A stretch of 64,000 nucleotides of DNA, the filler included, from Octopus bimaculoides (lineage: Eukaryota), in NCBI RefSeq assembly GCF_001194135.2. It is 8 parts of 8 records of this genome, joined end to end, with 100 filler letters (N's around TTAATTAATTAA, not from the genome) between each part and the next. Parts side by side here need not be neighbours in the genome. Positions count along the whole stretch, not along the records: positions 34,042 to 51,757 come from NC_068981.1; positions 51,858 to 53,689 come from NW_026440080.1; positions 53,790 to 58,720 come from NW_026334471.1; positions 58,821 to 62,834 come from NC_068999.1; 4 more parts are not named here. The stretch is one strand, 5' to 3'. The notes under the pieces were generated by a model. The model did no database searches, had not been told where the DNA came from, and saw nothing but the letters and a program-made list of their open reading frames with translations. Positions 47,575 through 59,589 of this stretch are shown here, piece after piece (positions within the stretch are counted from its first letter, which is position 1; every line of letters begins with the position of its first letter). The position numbers were made by a program, and so were the translations under genes.

Positions 47575-49490
47575 TGTGGGACTTATAACGCCGATATTTT
47601 AATATTCTGCTCATAGCACTTCTCCTGCATCTGTCTTGCTGTGAAAATCATATTTATTGTCCCTCCACCAGATCGGAAGCCACATTGAGATTCAGACAGG
47701 GCATCATTTACGAGACACCCCTTCAGGCAGGTAAGAAGAATATTTGCCAGAACCTTGCCAGCAGCTGATAGTAGAGCAATACCTCTGTAGTTACCACACG
47801 TTGTTCTGGCTCCTTTTCTTTTATAGAGAGGAAGAATAATTGCATCCTTCCAGTCCTTAGGCATTACACCATCCCTCCAGACTGCACTAATATGTTCATG
47901 AAGGGACTGTATAATGTAATCACCACCAAATCGCAAAACATCAGCACAAATTCCATCCCTTCCAGGTGCCCTACCAAGATTCAGTTTACTTATTGATGTC
48001 ATTACCTCAACTAATGAGGGCACAGAATTTAAGGAACCAATGATAGGTCATTGTTGCATAGTATCAATCACTGTTTCATCCACTCATGGTTTAGGAGTTC
48101 AGAGAAGTGTTCAATCCAGCGACCTGTGATTTCTGTTGATTTAGTAAACAGAGTGGAAAAGTTCTGCATCAGCGAAGGAGCTGATGCAGAACTCTTAGAC
48201 CCATAAACTTGCTTCATAAGACGGTAAAACTTCTTGCTGTCATTTGTATCAGCAGCAGCCTGAACATCACGAGCAAGATCCTCCCACCAAGTGTTCTGCT
48301 GCTTCCCCTTCCAAAAAAAGGTGTATCCACCTCCTACTTCCTCAAGCTGACCATCACCTTCTATACGAGTCTCTGAAAGTGCAGCTATATCACTGTTATA
48401 GCGGTTCAGCTCATAAGCAACAAGTGCAGTGCATCTTTCAGGCCTACAATCACTCTTGTTATCCAACAGAGCGTGCACATTCCAACATGAAATGTTCAAG
48501 TTCCATCCAGATTTTGGAAATAAAAGTCTCTTTGTTTTTCAAGCACAGGGTGGACATCCGTCAGTCACGCTAAACTGACCAGATATAAGAAAGACAGGCA
48601 ATTTTTGGGTCACCTTTTCTAGAACCTCCCTGGCCTCCAGGTGTGCAATGCCCTCTCTAAATGCAGCTGCTCAGATACCCATGCAGCAACCGAATCCTAC
48701 CACTGTCTTGCGTGACAAAGAGATGACTTTATATCTAGCATGGGCCGCCTACATGCAGGTCACTCACTACATGCTTCCAACCTGTCAGGTCTGCATGCTT
48801 CACCACCTTCCCATTGCCACAGGACTTCCAAATAAAAATAAAATAAATGTATACTAAAAATAAAGATACATGTATACTGAAAATAAGATAAATATATAGA
48901 GAGGAGAAAAAAAAGCAGCACATATGAAGCAGAGATCAGCAATGCCTGTGCAGAGTTTTAGGTCCAATAAGACTTGCACAACACCTCATGGTCACTCTCC
49001 ACTTTATTGACATTATCCAGAGACAAGCCAGAGCAAGATGTCTGGTGCCAATATGAGTCACAGGCTCAGGGATGTGGGAGTGCCATGATCTCTAGCACAA
49101 GCCAAAGATCCCCAAAATGTTCAATGCCATTCCCTGCATATCTGGTATCCTTCATACTACTCTGCATATCAGAGTGACCTTCTCCTAGAGACATGCTTCA
49201 ACAGAAGCTGAAGGGTACCTCACTCCCAGTGGTTTTTCAGCATGCAGGACACCTTCCCAGAATTTCTGTGTACCCATGCTATTGCTAGATAGTTGTTGAG
49301 CCTGCACTAGGTTCATCCAACCTTTCAACAGGTCTTGTTTTTAATCCTGCTGGGTTTCTAGCAACCCTCCTCACCAGGGTAGCCTGGTGGGGGTGCCAGT
49401 TTAGTCACCGGCAACCTGACCATGCAACAGGCTGTACTGGATTCCATGTTATCTGTAGCACTTATGAGAGCCTCATAAGTGACCTGACCT
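47575..49490 (-). mobile_element. RTE/BovB-like LINE 5' portion with internal deletion
   Basis: 5' UTR-like sequence, then APE N-terminus (ISCWNVHALLD...DIAALSETRIEGDGQLEE.GGGYTFFWKG) fused to the linker. RT follows (GRAPGRDGI, WKDAIILPLYKRKG, GNYRGIALLS, ESQCGFR). The 3' part is absent. Confidence 0.85.
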
Positions 49491-49607
49491 GACATACATA
49501 CATACATACATTCATACATACATACATACATTCATACATACATACATACATACATACATACATACATACATACATACATACATACATACATGCATGCATG
49601 CATGCAT

Positions 49608-50563
49608 AGGATTACCTCATGGAGCATAGGGAGGTAGTACTGTGACGACATTTTAGGACAGCTGCTAATCACATGCATGGCATCTTCCACAGAAAGATGA
49701 CATAGCCTACACATGTGGTTGCACCTTGGGATTACAAGTGCGTCACTGTCTCTCTTGTTCACCATGTACTTTGTGGAAATCTCCTGTTCCTGGATTGCAA
49801 ACGCATAGCCGTCAAGGTGTGATGTGATGTAGTGGTCTTGTGTCCAAGAGAGGCTGCACTTCGTGTCAATTCTACTGTCTTCTTCAAGCTTCCAGGCAAC
49901 ATACTCATGCATAGTCTTTTTTTCTTTTGTATATCGTCACAGTACTACCTCCCTATGCGGCACAATGTTGTTGCTAAAACAATTTACAATGCCATCCACA
50001 AAAAAGACTGTCCTGAAATAAACTTAGAAAATCCCACTGTTATGGAATACATTCATAAACACCAACTTAAGGAATACTGGTGGAAGATTCCCATCAAAAC
50101 TTCTGTCAAATGTAAACATAACAGGCTGGATATTGTTGCTTGGGACAGAGGAGCGAAGGTACGTACCATCATAGAGATCAGCTACCCTGCAGATATAAAT
50201 ATCTCTTTGAAAATCAAAGAAAAGGAGGATATCTATGGACAACTGTTTTGAAACCTCTAGCTTCTATATCCAGACTATGAATTCATATTCATATCAATAA
50301 TAATTGGAGCACTAGGTTTTGTTAGTAAATGCTTAAAGGAGAATCTGGATAAACTAAGATTTTCAGAAAGAGAAATCGACTGGTTAATTTCATACATTAC
50401 AAGTGTAATCTGTGAATGGAACAGTAGAAATATGCAAGATTTTTCTCAAGTTCCAAATGTGAATTTGTCTGTGTTAACTACATTCCAAAGATGGAGCTTT
50501 GTATCTTTGTTGGAAACTGGCTCCCTCCTCTGTGGAAGATTTATAATAATTTGAAAATAGAAG
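49608..50563 (+). mobile_element. R4/Dong-type LINE 3' fragment with inverted 5' segment, inside a (CATA)n tract
   Basis: Minus part ~49608-49931 encodes AIQEQEI...CRLC...EDAMHVISSC. Plus part 49934-50563 encodes RHNVVAK...HNRLDIV...IEIS..D...K. A 25-nt sequence is shared by the two parts. Confidence 0.82.
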
Positions 50564-51757
50564 ATACATACATACATACATGCATGCATACATAAATACA
50601 TACATACATAATGACCGATTTGTTAATAATAAATAATTGTCAACTTCCTAATCTCAATTTTCTTTTCTTCTTTTAACTGGATATAAACTACATGCTTAAT
50701 ATATATCTATTGTTTTAAGGGAATTTCATTTCTCAACAATACTAGGTATTGAACCAGTATTTCCCTAGATGCAACCATCCCTTCATGAGGTTAACANNNN
50801 NNNNNNNNNNNNNNNNNNNNNNNNNNNNNNNNNNNNNNNNNNNNNNNNNNNNNNNNNNNNNNNNNNNNNNNNNNNNNNNNNNNNNNNNNNNNNNNNNNNN
50901 NNNNNNNNNNNNNNNNNNNNNNNNNNNNNNNNNNNNNNNNNNNNNNNNNNNNNNNNNNNNNNNNNNNNNNNNNNNNNNNNNNNNNNNNNNNNNNNNNNNN
51001 NNNNNNNNNNNNNNNNNNNNNNNNNNNNNNNNNNNNNNNNNNNNNNNNNNNNNNNNNNNNNNNNNNNNNNNNNNNNNNNNNNNNNNNNNNNNNNNNNNNN
51101 NNNNNNNNNNNNNNNNNNNNNNNNNNNNNNNNNNNNNNNNNNNNNNNNNNATATATATATATATATACGATGGACTTCTTTCAGTTTCCATCTACCAAAT
51201 CCACTCACAAGGCTTTAGTCGGCCGGAGGCTATAGTAGAAGACACTTGCCCAAAATCAATGATTTGTCAGAAATTATGTAGTGTGACCAAAACCTACTTT
51301 CTTCTGACATGTAGGTTTGCTGAGTTGTAATTTAGATTGCTTAAATTATCACATCCAAGGAAATTACTATTTTTGACACACTAAATGATTAATGGATTAA
51401 TGTGTGTTGTCGGAAAGAGAGAGAGAGAAAGTGTGTGTTACTGTGTGTAAGACAGAGAGAGAGAGAGAGAGATAGCATAAATTTAATTTATTTACTTTTT
51501 CTCGCATCTGTTTTTAGTGTGTGTTTTACTGAGAGAGAGAGAGACAGACAGACAAAGAGAGGAGTGTTATGCTATCACTCTCTCTCTCTCTCTCTCTCTC
51601 TTCCTCGGTCAATCACTCACTCAAAAAAGATGCGAGAAAAAATAAATTTAAAAATGTACGCTGTCACTCGCTCTCCCTCACACACACACAATCAACATAT
51701 ACACACATCCTTGTCATTTTCTCTCTCTTTCACTTTATGCTGACATCAAATGAAATG

Positions 51758-51857
51758 NNNNNNNNNNNNNNNNNNNNNNNNNNNNNNNNNNNNNNNNNNN
51801 NTTAATTAATTAANNNNNNNNNNNNNNNNNNNNNNNNNNNNNNNNNNNNNNNNNNNN
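51758..51857. other. Artificial scaffold spacer
   Basis: 44 N + TTAATTAATTAA (51802-51813) + 44 N. Confidence 0.97.
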
Positions 51858-51898
51858 GCATGTGTGTGTGTATGTATATATATGTATGTAGATATATG

Positions 51899-51929
<31 letters not shown>

Positions 51930-52061
51930 TTGTGTGTGAGTGTATCTATGTGTGGGTCTTTGCATCGATCGAGTACCACAGCTTGACAACCAGCATAGAA
52001 GGACCGACGAAATATGTGCGAGACTTAAATACTGGGGTCTATCTTTTCGACTTCACACTTC

Positions 52062-52264
52062 AATGCCAATCAACATAGCATCACTGCGTAGGTACAGATA
52101 CCATTATAACAACTGCGTGTGTTGCATAATTAACGGCAATAGTTTTCACTTAGCATAATGGATTTTCAACAACGCATGACATAAATTCAACAACGGATAT
52201 GCTTGTTTCATAATTCCCAAAACGTCATGACGTCGGTGAAGTCGTTCGTAGTTCACGTGACATT
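52062..52264 (+). repeat. 203-bp direct repeat, copy 1 (identical by eye to 53100-53302)
   Basis: Compared base by base; no differences seen. Confidence 0.95.
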
Positions 52265-53099
52265 CAATGCGATAGTTTAGTAACAAATACAAGTAAAAGA
52301 AATATATATGTATATTTATGTGTATTTTATCATCTCTCGTGCAGCACTTTTTTCTCTATTTGTAAATATTGCCATCTCTCCTGCTGCAAAAAAAAAAATA
52401 GGGAGGAAAAACAAATATACATTTCACATCTTCGACACTTATGTGTAGCTTTCTGTTATAGCAAACAGATTCTTTTAACATTATTAATACCTTTATTATC
52501 AGAGTGTTTCTTTTTAACATTGTTATATCGTTCTTATCTTTTATCCTAGCTACATCTGAGATTGTTTAGAAATATTGATAGAAAAATGTAGCATAAAAAG
52601 CAAAATTAATAGCGAACAGCCTTTGTTTGTTGTAATAAAGCTACCGTTAACAAAGTATTCTATTCAAAATGAACTGATAATAAGCAGTCTGCCGAAATGA
52701 TAAGAGATAATATGTAATTATACTATCAGTATTTTTTAAAGACAGTCGCCTTTATATTACATAGAAGAGAAATAGCTATATGAGTGTTTTACTTTTGGCT
52801 GAATAGCTAAGTACTTAACGTCTTAGATTCATTTTACTCATGTTTGAATTTGGCATAATAGAGATTTATACATCACTTAAATACCATTAACTTGTTGGGA
52901 CAATATTAGTTTCTCGAAATATTACTTGCTGAAGGCAAGCATATATACCTCTGGGCTTCGCAACTATGAACGTATAATAATAACTGAACATCCCCTATTG
53001 TTTATAGCATATGCCTCTTTAATGCAGTTTATTTTAGTGGTAGAACGTTCGCTACTTACAGAAATGTGGTTGGTTCATATTTTTTCATCTCTCTATATA

Positions 53100-53302
53100 A
53101 ATGCCAATCAACATAGCATCACTGCGTAGGTACAGATACCATTATAACAACTGCGTGTGTTGCATAATTAACGGCAATAGTTTTCACTTAGCATAATGGA
53201 TTTTCAACAACGCATGACATAAATTCAACAACGGATATGCTTGTTTCATAATTCCCAAAACGTCATGACGTCGGTGAAGTCGTTCGTAGTTCACGTGACA
53301 TT
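53100..53302 (+). repeat. 203-bp direct repeat, copy 2
   Basis: See 52062-52264. Confidence 0.95.
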
Positions 53303-53689
53303 ATCCGATGCTGTAAAGTAATATTTTATTTCGAAGTGAAGTCAATATATGGTTGGCAAAATACTATAGAGGAAGATTGTCTACGTGGTGACCAGAATTA
53401 AATATCTTCAATATACATTAAATTTATATGCCAACGACTTATTTTATCTCTTTGCATAGCAATACAAAGGGTCACATAAACTGCTATATGCCAGAATTTC
53501 CTAGATCTCTTGTAGCATTAGTTGCAAAATATCCCTGGAACATGCACGAATTGATAGTAATTTCCTCAAAAACGCTGGTTGATGCTTTGTGTAGCTTTGT
53601 GTATTGGAGCGTTGAAGAGGTGCAGGTGATCCATTATCTGATAGTTCCTTGTATTCTCACTTTGATGCCTATAAGGAAATATGTATATA

Positions 53690-53789
53690 NNNNNNNNNNN
53701 NNNNNNNNNNNNNNNNNNNNNNNNNNNNNNNNNTTAATTAATTAANNNNNNNNNNNNNNNNNNNNNNNNNNNNNNNNNNNNNNNNNNNN
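53690..53789. other. Artificial scaffold spacer
   Basis: 44 N + TTAATTAATTAA (53734-53745) + 44 N. Confidence 0.97.
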
Positions 53790-54763
53790 TGACGTCACAA
53801 TATCTGTAAACGTTTTCTCCAGAGATTTCCTTTCCAAAATTCTTTAGTCTCTTTCAACCTTTCACGGTGATTAGAGGCTAGGGAATGTGTGCGCCAGGGG
53901 GCGTACCCGGACATCTGAGGTGACAGTCATCTTCACCTTGTTTTTGATGTTTGTGGGGATATTTTATGCACCTTTGAGTTCTTAAACACCCAATGTAACA
54001 TGCTGGTTGGTAGCATAACATAGTTACAAGGTGTCCGGTGGTGTTCCTCTACCCGGATGAATTCTTAACCAGGCCATTTCAGGACAGAAAACCTGGAGGT
54101 TCCAACCAGAAATATCTTCCCTTCTTCACTCTCCAGAGATTCACACAGAATATTTTATTTTATAAACAATTTTGTGAGTGTAAAGAGAATGGAACATTAA
54201 ATAAGAATAAAAATGATGAACACGAAATAAAGTTTACTCAACAAATAGTCACAGGTATGTGAAGAGAGTTTCGTTATAAACTTGGTAAGAATTTTAACAA
54301 AACATAAATCTTTCGTTATTCAAAGGTTTGTTAATATTTTCTAGAGATTTCTATAATAAAGTAAAATAGTTTCTACGTTATTTGTTTGAAATTCTTCAAA
54401 AATTCCACATGCGTCTTTGGTTTATTAGTCATTATGTATATGTACTATGTGTATGAGTATGTGTGTGTATATGTAGTGTGTCTGTCGGTCTTTTCTGTAT
54501 GTGTGTGTGTGCGTATCTCTCTCTTTCTCACACGCACACGCACATTTGGAAGCCTTCTAAACGTATACATAAGGGTAAGCATACAAGAACGTATGCATAT
54601 CCATGTATGTATGTTTCTACGTCCATGTAACCCGTGTCGGTTTGGACTCACACACAAATGAGAGGATGTTTGCATATGTAGTGTGTGTATACGAGTGTAT
54701 ATATATGCATGTGCTTGTGTGTGTGTTGTGTGTGTGTGTGTGTGTTGTGTGTCCCTCGGTCTC

Positions 54764-54803
<40 letters not shown>

Positions 54804-55129
54804 CCACTCATTCCTCATCTATTCATACGACTGTACGTATTCTTTTATGGTATGTTTATATATTTATGTAGAACCCGTCCTGGCTAGGTTCTGCACGCGC
54901 ACACGCGCACACGCGCACACGCGCACACGCGCACACACACACATGCTCACACACACAAATGCTGTTGCGCTCCCCCTCCCCCACCATAATTCCGTTCCTT
55001 GAAATTGTCCGCGGCGTCTCTTTCTTTCCTCCCCACCTCCTTTACCTTGCTCCCCCCCTCCTGTCTACCCGTATATACTCAGTTGTGTACCTCGGGTACT
55101 TGAACCATTCACTTTACTGAAATCGAATA

Positions 55130-55188
<59 letters not shown>

Positions 55189-55396
55189 CAAGGGTAGTAG
55201 TGGCAGTAGTAGGAGTCGCAAAACCACACTCCTCTTTCTCAAGGTCATGGCAATACCACAACTACTACCACAACCACCGCCACTACCACAATCACCACCA
55301 CTACCACTGCCGCTACAGTCACTACCACCACTACCATCACTATCAGCATCATCATCAGCATCATCATCATCATCATCATCAAAATCATCATCATCA

Positions 55397-55429
<33 letters not shown>

Positions 55430-55530
55430 TCATCATCATCATCATTATCATCAACTTCATCATCGTCCTCGTTACCATCACTACCACCACCGCTGCCAGC
55501 ATCATCTCCATCATCCTCACTTGTATTTTA
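55130..55530. repeat. (CAT)n/(CAC)n/(CGT)n trinucleotide low-complexity tracts
   Basis: Direct inspection. Confidence 0.9.
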
Positions 55531-55546
55531 AATACTAACAACATCG

Positions 55547-55955
55547 TAGGCGTAGGAGTGGCTGTGTGGTAAGTAGCTTGCTTACCAACCACATGGTTCC
55601 GGGTTCAGTCCCACTGCGTGGCACCTTGGGCAAGTGTCTTCTACTATAGCCTCGGGCCGACCAATGCCTTGTGAGTGGATTTGGTAGACGGAAACTGAAA
55701 AGAAGCCCGTCGTATATATGTATATATGTGTGTATGTGTATATGTTTGTGTGTCTGTGTTTGTCCCCCCAGCATTGCTCGACAATCGATGCTGGTATGTT
55801 TACGTCCCCGTAACTTAGCGGTTCGGCAAAAGAGACCGATAGAATAAGTACTAGGCTTCCAAAGAATAAGTCCTGGGGTTGATTTGCTCGACTAAAGGCG
55901 GTGCTCCAGCATGGCCTCAGTCGAATGACTGAAACAAGTAAAAGAGTGAAAGAGT
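55547..55955 (+). mobile_element. SINE family A, full length (tRNA-derived head)
   Basis: A-box-like TGGCTGTGTGG and B-box-like GGTTCAGTCCC, then ccttgggcaagt (CORE-like), an internal (TA/TG)n tract and an aagagt tail. Confidence 0.92.
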
Positions 55956-57872
55956 AACAACGTACACTATTAAGAACAATACCACCACCACCAACTAGAA
56001 CAACAGCAACATTGTGCCAGTGATCGTCTGGTGGTCCTTCCTTAGCTTCCCGGCCCCTCGCGAAGTTTAAGTGGGGATCGAATTTCAGCGATGGCTAATT
56101 CTACAGTCCCCCAGTCTGACCAGGTTACTATACCGCTGATCACAGACGACTGATAAGATCGTAGAATAAATGCAGAGGAAGATATATCACTGTCGGAGGG
56201 ATATCACACTGAGGTAGCTGCATACACACACATGCACACATATAAACACACACTCACACACACATACTTACACATACATACATACACATATACATACATA
56301 CATACATACATATATATATTTTGTGGTATGTAGTATTTTTGCTGCTATTTTTGCTGCTATTTCTAGCGAGTAGATGTCCTATTATAGGCGTCTCTGCATT
56401 TCTAATGAATAATACATAGTCTATTGACTGTTTTTACTCTCGCTAGACCACTGGTGGTAAATAAAATTTCTAAAATTTTCTTTGCCACCCTATAATTTAT
56501 TAATAATGATAAAATTCTTTTTGGATGATTTTCTGTAGGAATTTCGGCATTTTGCATTTTTGTATTTGCTGCCGATTAGGTAAACCGTAAATACGCGGTA
56601 TATTTTGAAAAATTAGACATATAAACACGAACCATGCGGCGTACTGATTCGTGCTTCATATGTTGTCTGGTCAATTCTGCTGACGACAGTCTGACCTTGT
56701 AAGATATAATCTTTATCTCANNNNNNNNNNNNNNNNNNNNNNNNNNNNNNNNNNNNNNNNNNNNNNNNNNNNNNNNNNNNNNNNNNNNNNNNNNNNNNNN
56801 NNNNNNNNNNNNNNNNNNNNNNNNNNNNNNNNNNNNNNNNNNNNNNNNNNNNNNNNNNNNNNNNNNNNNNNNNNNNNNNNNNNNNNNNNNNNNNNNNNNN
56901 NNNNNNNNNNNNNNNNNNNNNNNNNNNNNNNNNNNNNNNNNNNNNNNNNNNNNNNNNNNNNNNNNNNNNNNNNNNNNNNNNNNNNNNNNNNNNNNNNNNN
57001 NNNNNNNNNNNNNNNNNNNNNNNNNNNNNNNNNNNNNNNNNNNNNNNNNNNNNNNNNNNNNNNNNNNNNNNNNNNNNNNNNNNNNNNNNNNNNNNNNNNN
57101 NNNNNNNNNNNNNNNNNNNNNNNNNNNNNNNNNNNNNNNNNNNNNNNNNNNNNNNNNNNNNNNNNNNNNNNNNNNNNNNNNNNTATGTATGTATGTATAT
57201 ATATACGCTCACACATATGCACTCATGTGTTACGGACATACAGGCAAATAGGCAGACAGGCAGGCAGAGAGACAAACAGATAGGCAGATAGACAGATAGA
57301 TAGATAGATGGATAGAAAGATCGATAGATTGGATGAATACATGTTTGGATGGTAGGACGAGTGTATTAATTGATAGACAGACAAAGACATACAGTGAGCT
57401 AGACAGATTGAGAGACAGATAAAAAAAAAACACGTAGACCTACACACATATGGAATTACAGAGAGGAGATTTCTTCCTGTGATATAGCACTGTGTGTGAT
57501 GAGGAGACGGACGCACACACACACAAACACACACACACACAAACCCACACACATACAATGATGGCGGTCCCAGTCCCAGTAGATCCGAGGGTGGTGATAT
57601 GTATGTGTGTGTGTGTGTGTGTGTTTATGTGTATGTGTTTATTCGAGTATGTTACAAAGTTGGGGTGATCAAAGGGATGCATAGATGGATGGACGGATTG
57701 ACACAGACATACATATATATATAGAGACAAATAGATTGGCAGAGATAAACAGACACATTCATTCATACGTACATACATGCCTACATACATAATACATACG
57801 TCCATACATACATCCATAATGCATATGCATATACGTACGTACATACGAACGTACATACATACATCTATACGT

Positions 57873-58230
57873 GTGGAGGAGCAATGGCCCAGTGGTTAGG
57901 GCAGCGGACACGCAGTCGTAGGATCGTGGTCTCGATTCCCAGACAGGGCGTTGTGAGTGTTTACTGAGCGAAAACACTTAAAGCCCCACGAGGCTCCAGC
58001 AGGGGATGGTGGCGAACCCTGCTGTACTCTTTCACCACAGCTTTCTCTCACTCTTTCTTCCTGTTTCCGTTGTACTTGTATTTCAAAGGGGCCAGCCTTG
58101 TCATACGCTGTGTCACGCTGAATCTCCCCTAGAACTACGTTGTCTGTGGAATACTCAGCCACTAACATGTTAATTTCACGAGCAGATCAACTGGAACACA
58201 CGTCGTCCTAACCGACGGAGTGCCACGACG
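57873..58230 (+). mobile_element. SINE family C, full length
   Basis: Homologous to 5697-6081. 12-bp TSD ACATCTATACGT at 57861-57872 and 58231-58242. Confidence 0.9.
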
Positions 58231-58308
58231 ACATCTATACGTACATACGTACGTACGTTCGTGCGTACATACATACATACATACATACATACATAATACC
58301 TGTAATTA

Positions 58309-58644
58309 TTGAAGCCCTCAAATAAGTTCTATATAGGAAGTACGATAGATTTCAAAGCAAGATATAGAGTACATTTGAGTTCATTTTCAAATGAAAAGTA
58401 TTGCAACTCCACAACTCTCGCATCCTATGTGCACAACCTTAAAAAGAAAAATAAGAAATACTCTCTTGAACGGTCGATTGTACCGAGAGTCCCTTATTTT
58501 AGAGCAAAGATTAGCAAATGTTTATTGTGTATTAGAGAATCCCTCACTATACTTGGGTTGTTTGGGCTGAAAACTTTAAATAAATTCACTGAAGTGATCC
58601 CCGTCTGCAATTATAGGTTTTCCTCCACTTTCTTGAAGGTATAG
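58309..58644 (+). mobile_element. Penelope-like GIY-YIG endonuclease C-terminal fragment
   Basis: FYIGSTIDFKARYRVHLSSF...STTLASYVHNLK...CLLCIRE...LNK..E...C. Confidence 0.75.
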
Positions 58645-58720
58645 AGAAATAAAAATAAAAATATAAAATATAAATATAAATAAGATTATTTGTCTGCGTT
58701 AGGGTGATTTGAAACCTGGA

Positions 58721-58820
58721 NNNNNNNNNNNNNNNNNNNNNNNNNNNNNNNNNNNNNNNNNNNNTTAATTAATTAANNNNNNNNNNNNNNNNNNNNNNNN
58801 NNNNNNNNNNNNNNNNNNNN
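58721..58820. other. Artificial scaffold spacer
   Basis: 44 N + TTAATTAATTAA (58765-58776) + 44 N. Confidence 0.97.
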
Positions 58821-58824
58821 ATTT

Positions 58825-59200
58825 TTTTTAAACCTGGAAGTTCTGTGATGCAAATGATCTCAGGATCTGCAACACTAACTTCATAAAACCAGCTAGCCAC
58901 CTAATCACTTATCAGTGTGGTGAGCACATAAACCAGATTGACTGGCTCCTCACCAGGCAATGAGATAGATGGATGCTTAAAAATGCAAAATCTTTCCCAG
59001 GTGAAAGGTGTACAACCCAACATAGGTTATGAGTTAGTGACTTCAGATTTAGAGCTAGAAAGACTCGGAGAAATAAGCCAATCTGGAAAAGAAGATTATG
59101 GAAGCTCGAAGACTCAGCAGACAAAAATTTAGAGATTTACTAATGGAAGTTTCTGACGAAAGAGAGGAAGATTTGGGGACATATAGCTTACAGGACAATT
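58825..59200 (+). mobile_element. APE endonuclease C-terminal fragment of an RTE-related LINE (partly duplicated at 59316-59590)
   Basis: FCDANDLRICNTNFIKPASHLITYQCGEHINQIDWLL...FPGERCTTQHRL.VSDF. Confidence 0.78.
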
Positions 59201-59589
59201 GGAATAGATGTTTCTTCACAGAAATGTCTACATGTATATGCAGTTTTCTTGTCGTGCTTCTGATGTAGGATTTGTCACAGATGATCTCATATACAACATA
59301 GGTCCNNNNNNNNNNGCCACCTAATCACTTATCAGTGTGGTGAGCACATAAACCAGATTGACTGCCTCCTCATCAGGCAATGAGATGGATGCTTAAAAAT
59401 GCAAAATCTTTCGCAGGTGAAAGGTGTACAACCCAACATAGGTTACGAGTTAGTGACTTCAGATTTAGAGCTAGAAAGACTCAGAGAAATATGCCAATCT
59501 GGAAAAGATTATGGAAGCTCGAAGACTCAGCAGACAAAAATTTAGAGATTTACTAATGGAAGTTTCTGACGAAAGAGAGGAAGATTTGG

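Noticed and set aside
53890-53990. Hydrophobic frame EVTVIFTLFLMFVGIFYAPL resembling a GPCR helix
   Set aside because: Short, closed by stops, with no splice support or neighbouring helices.
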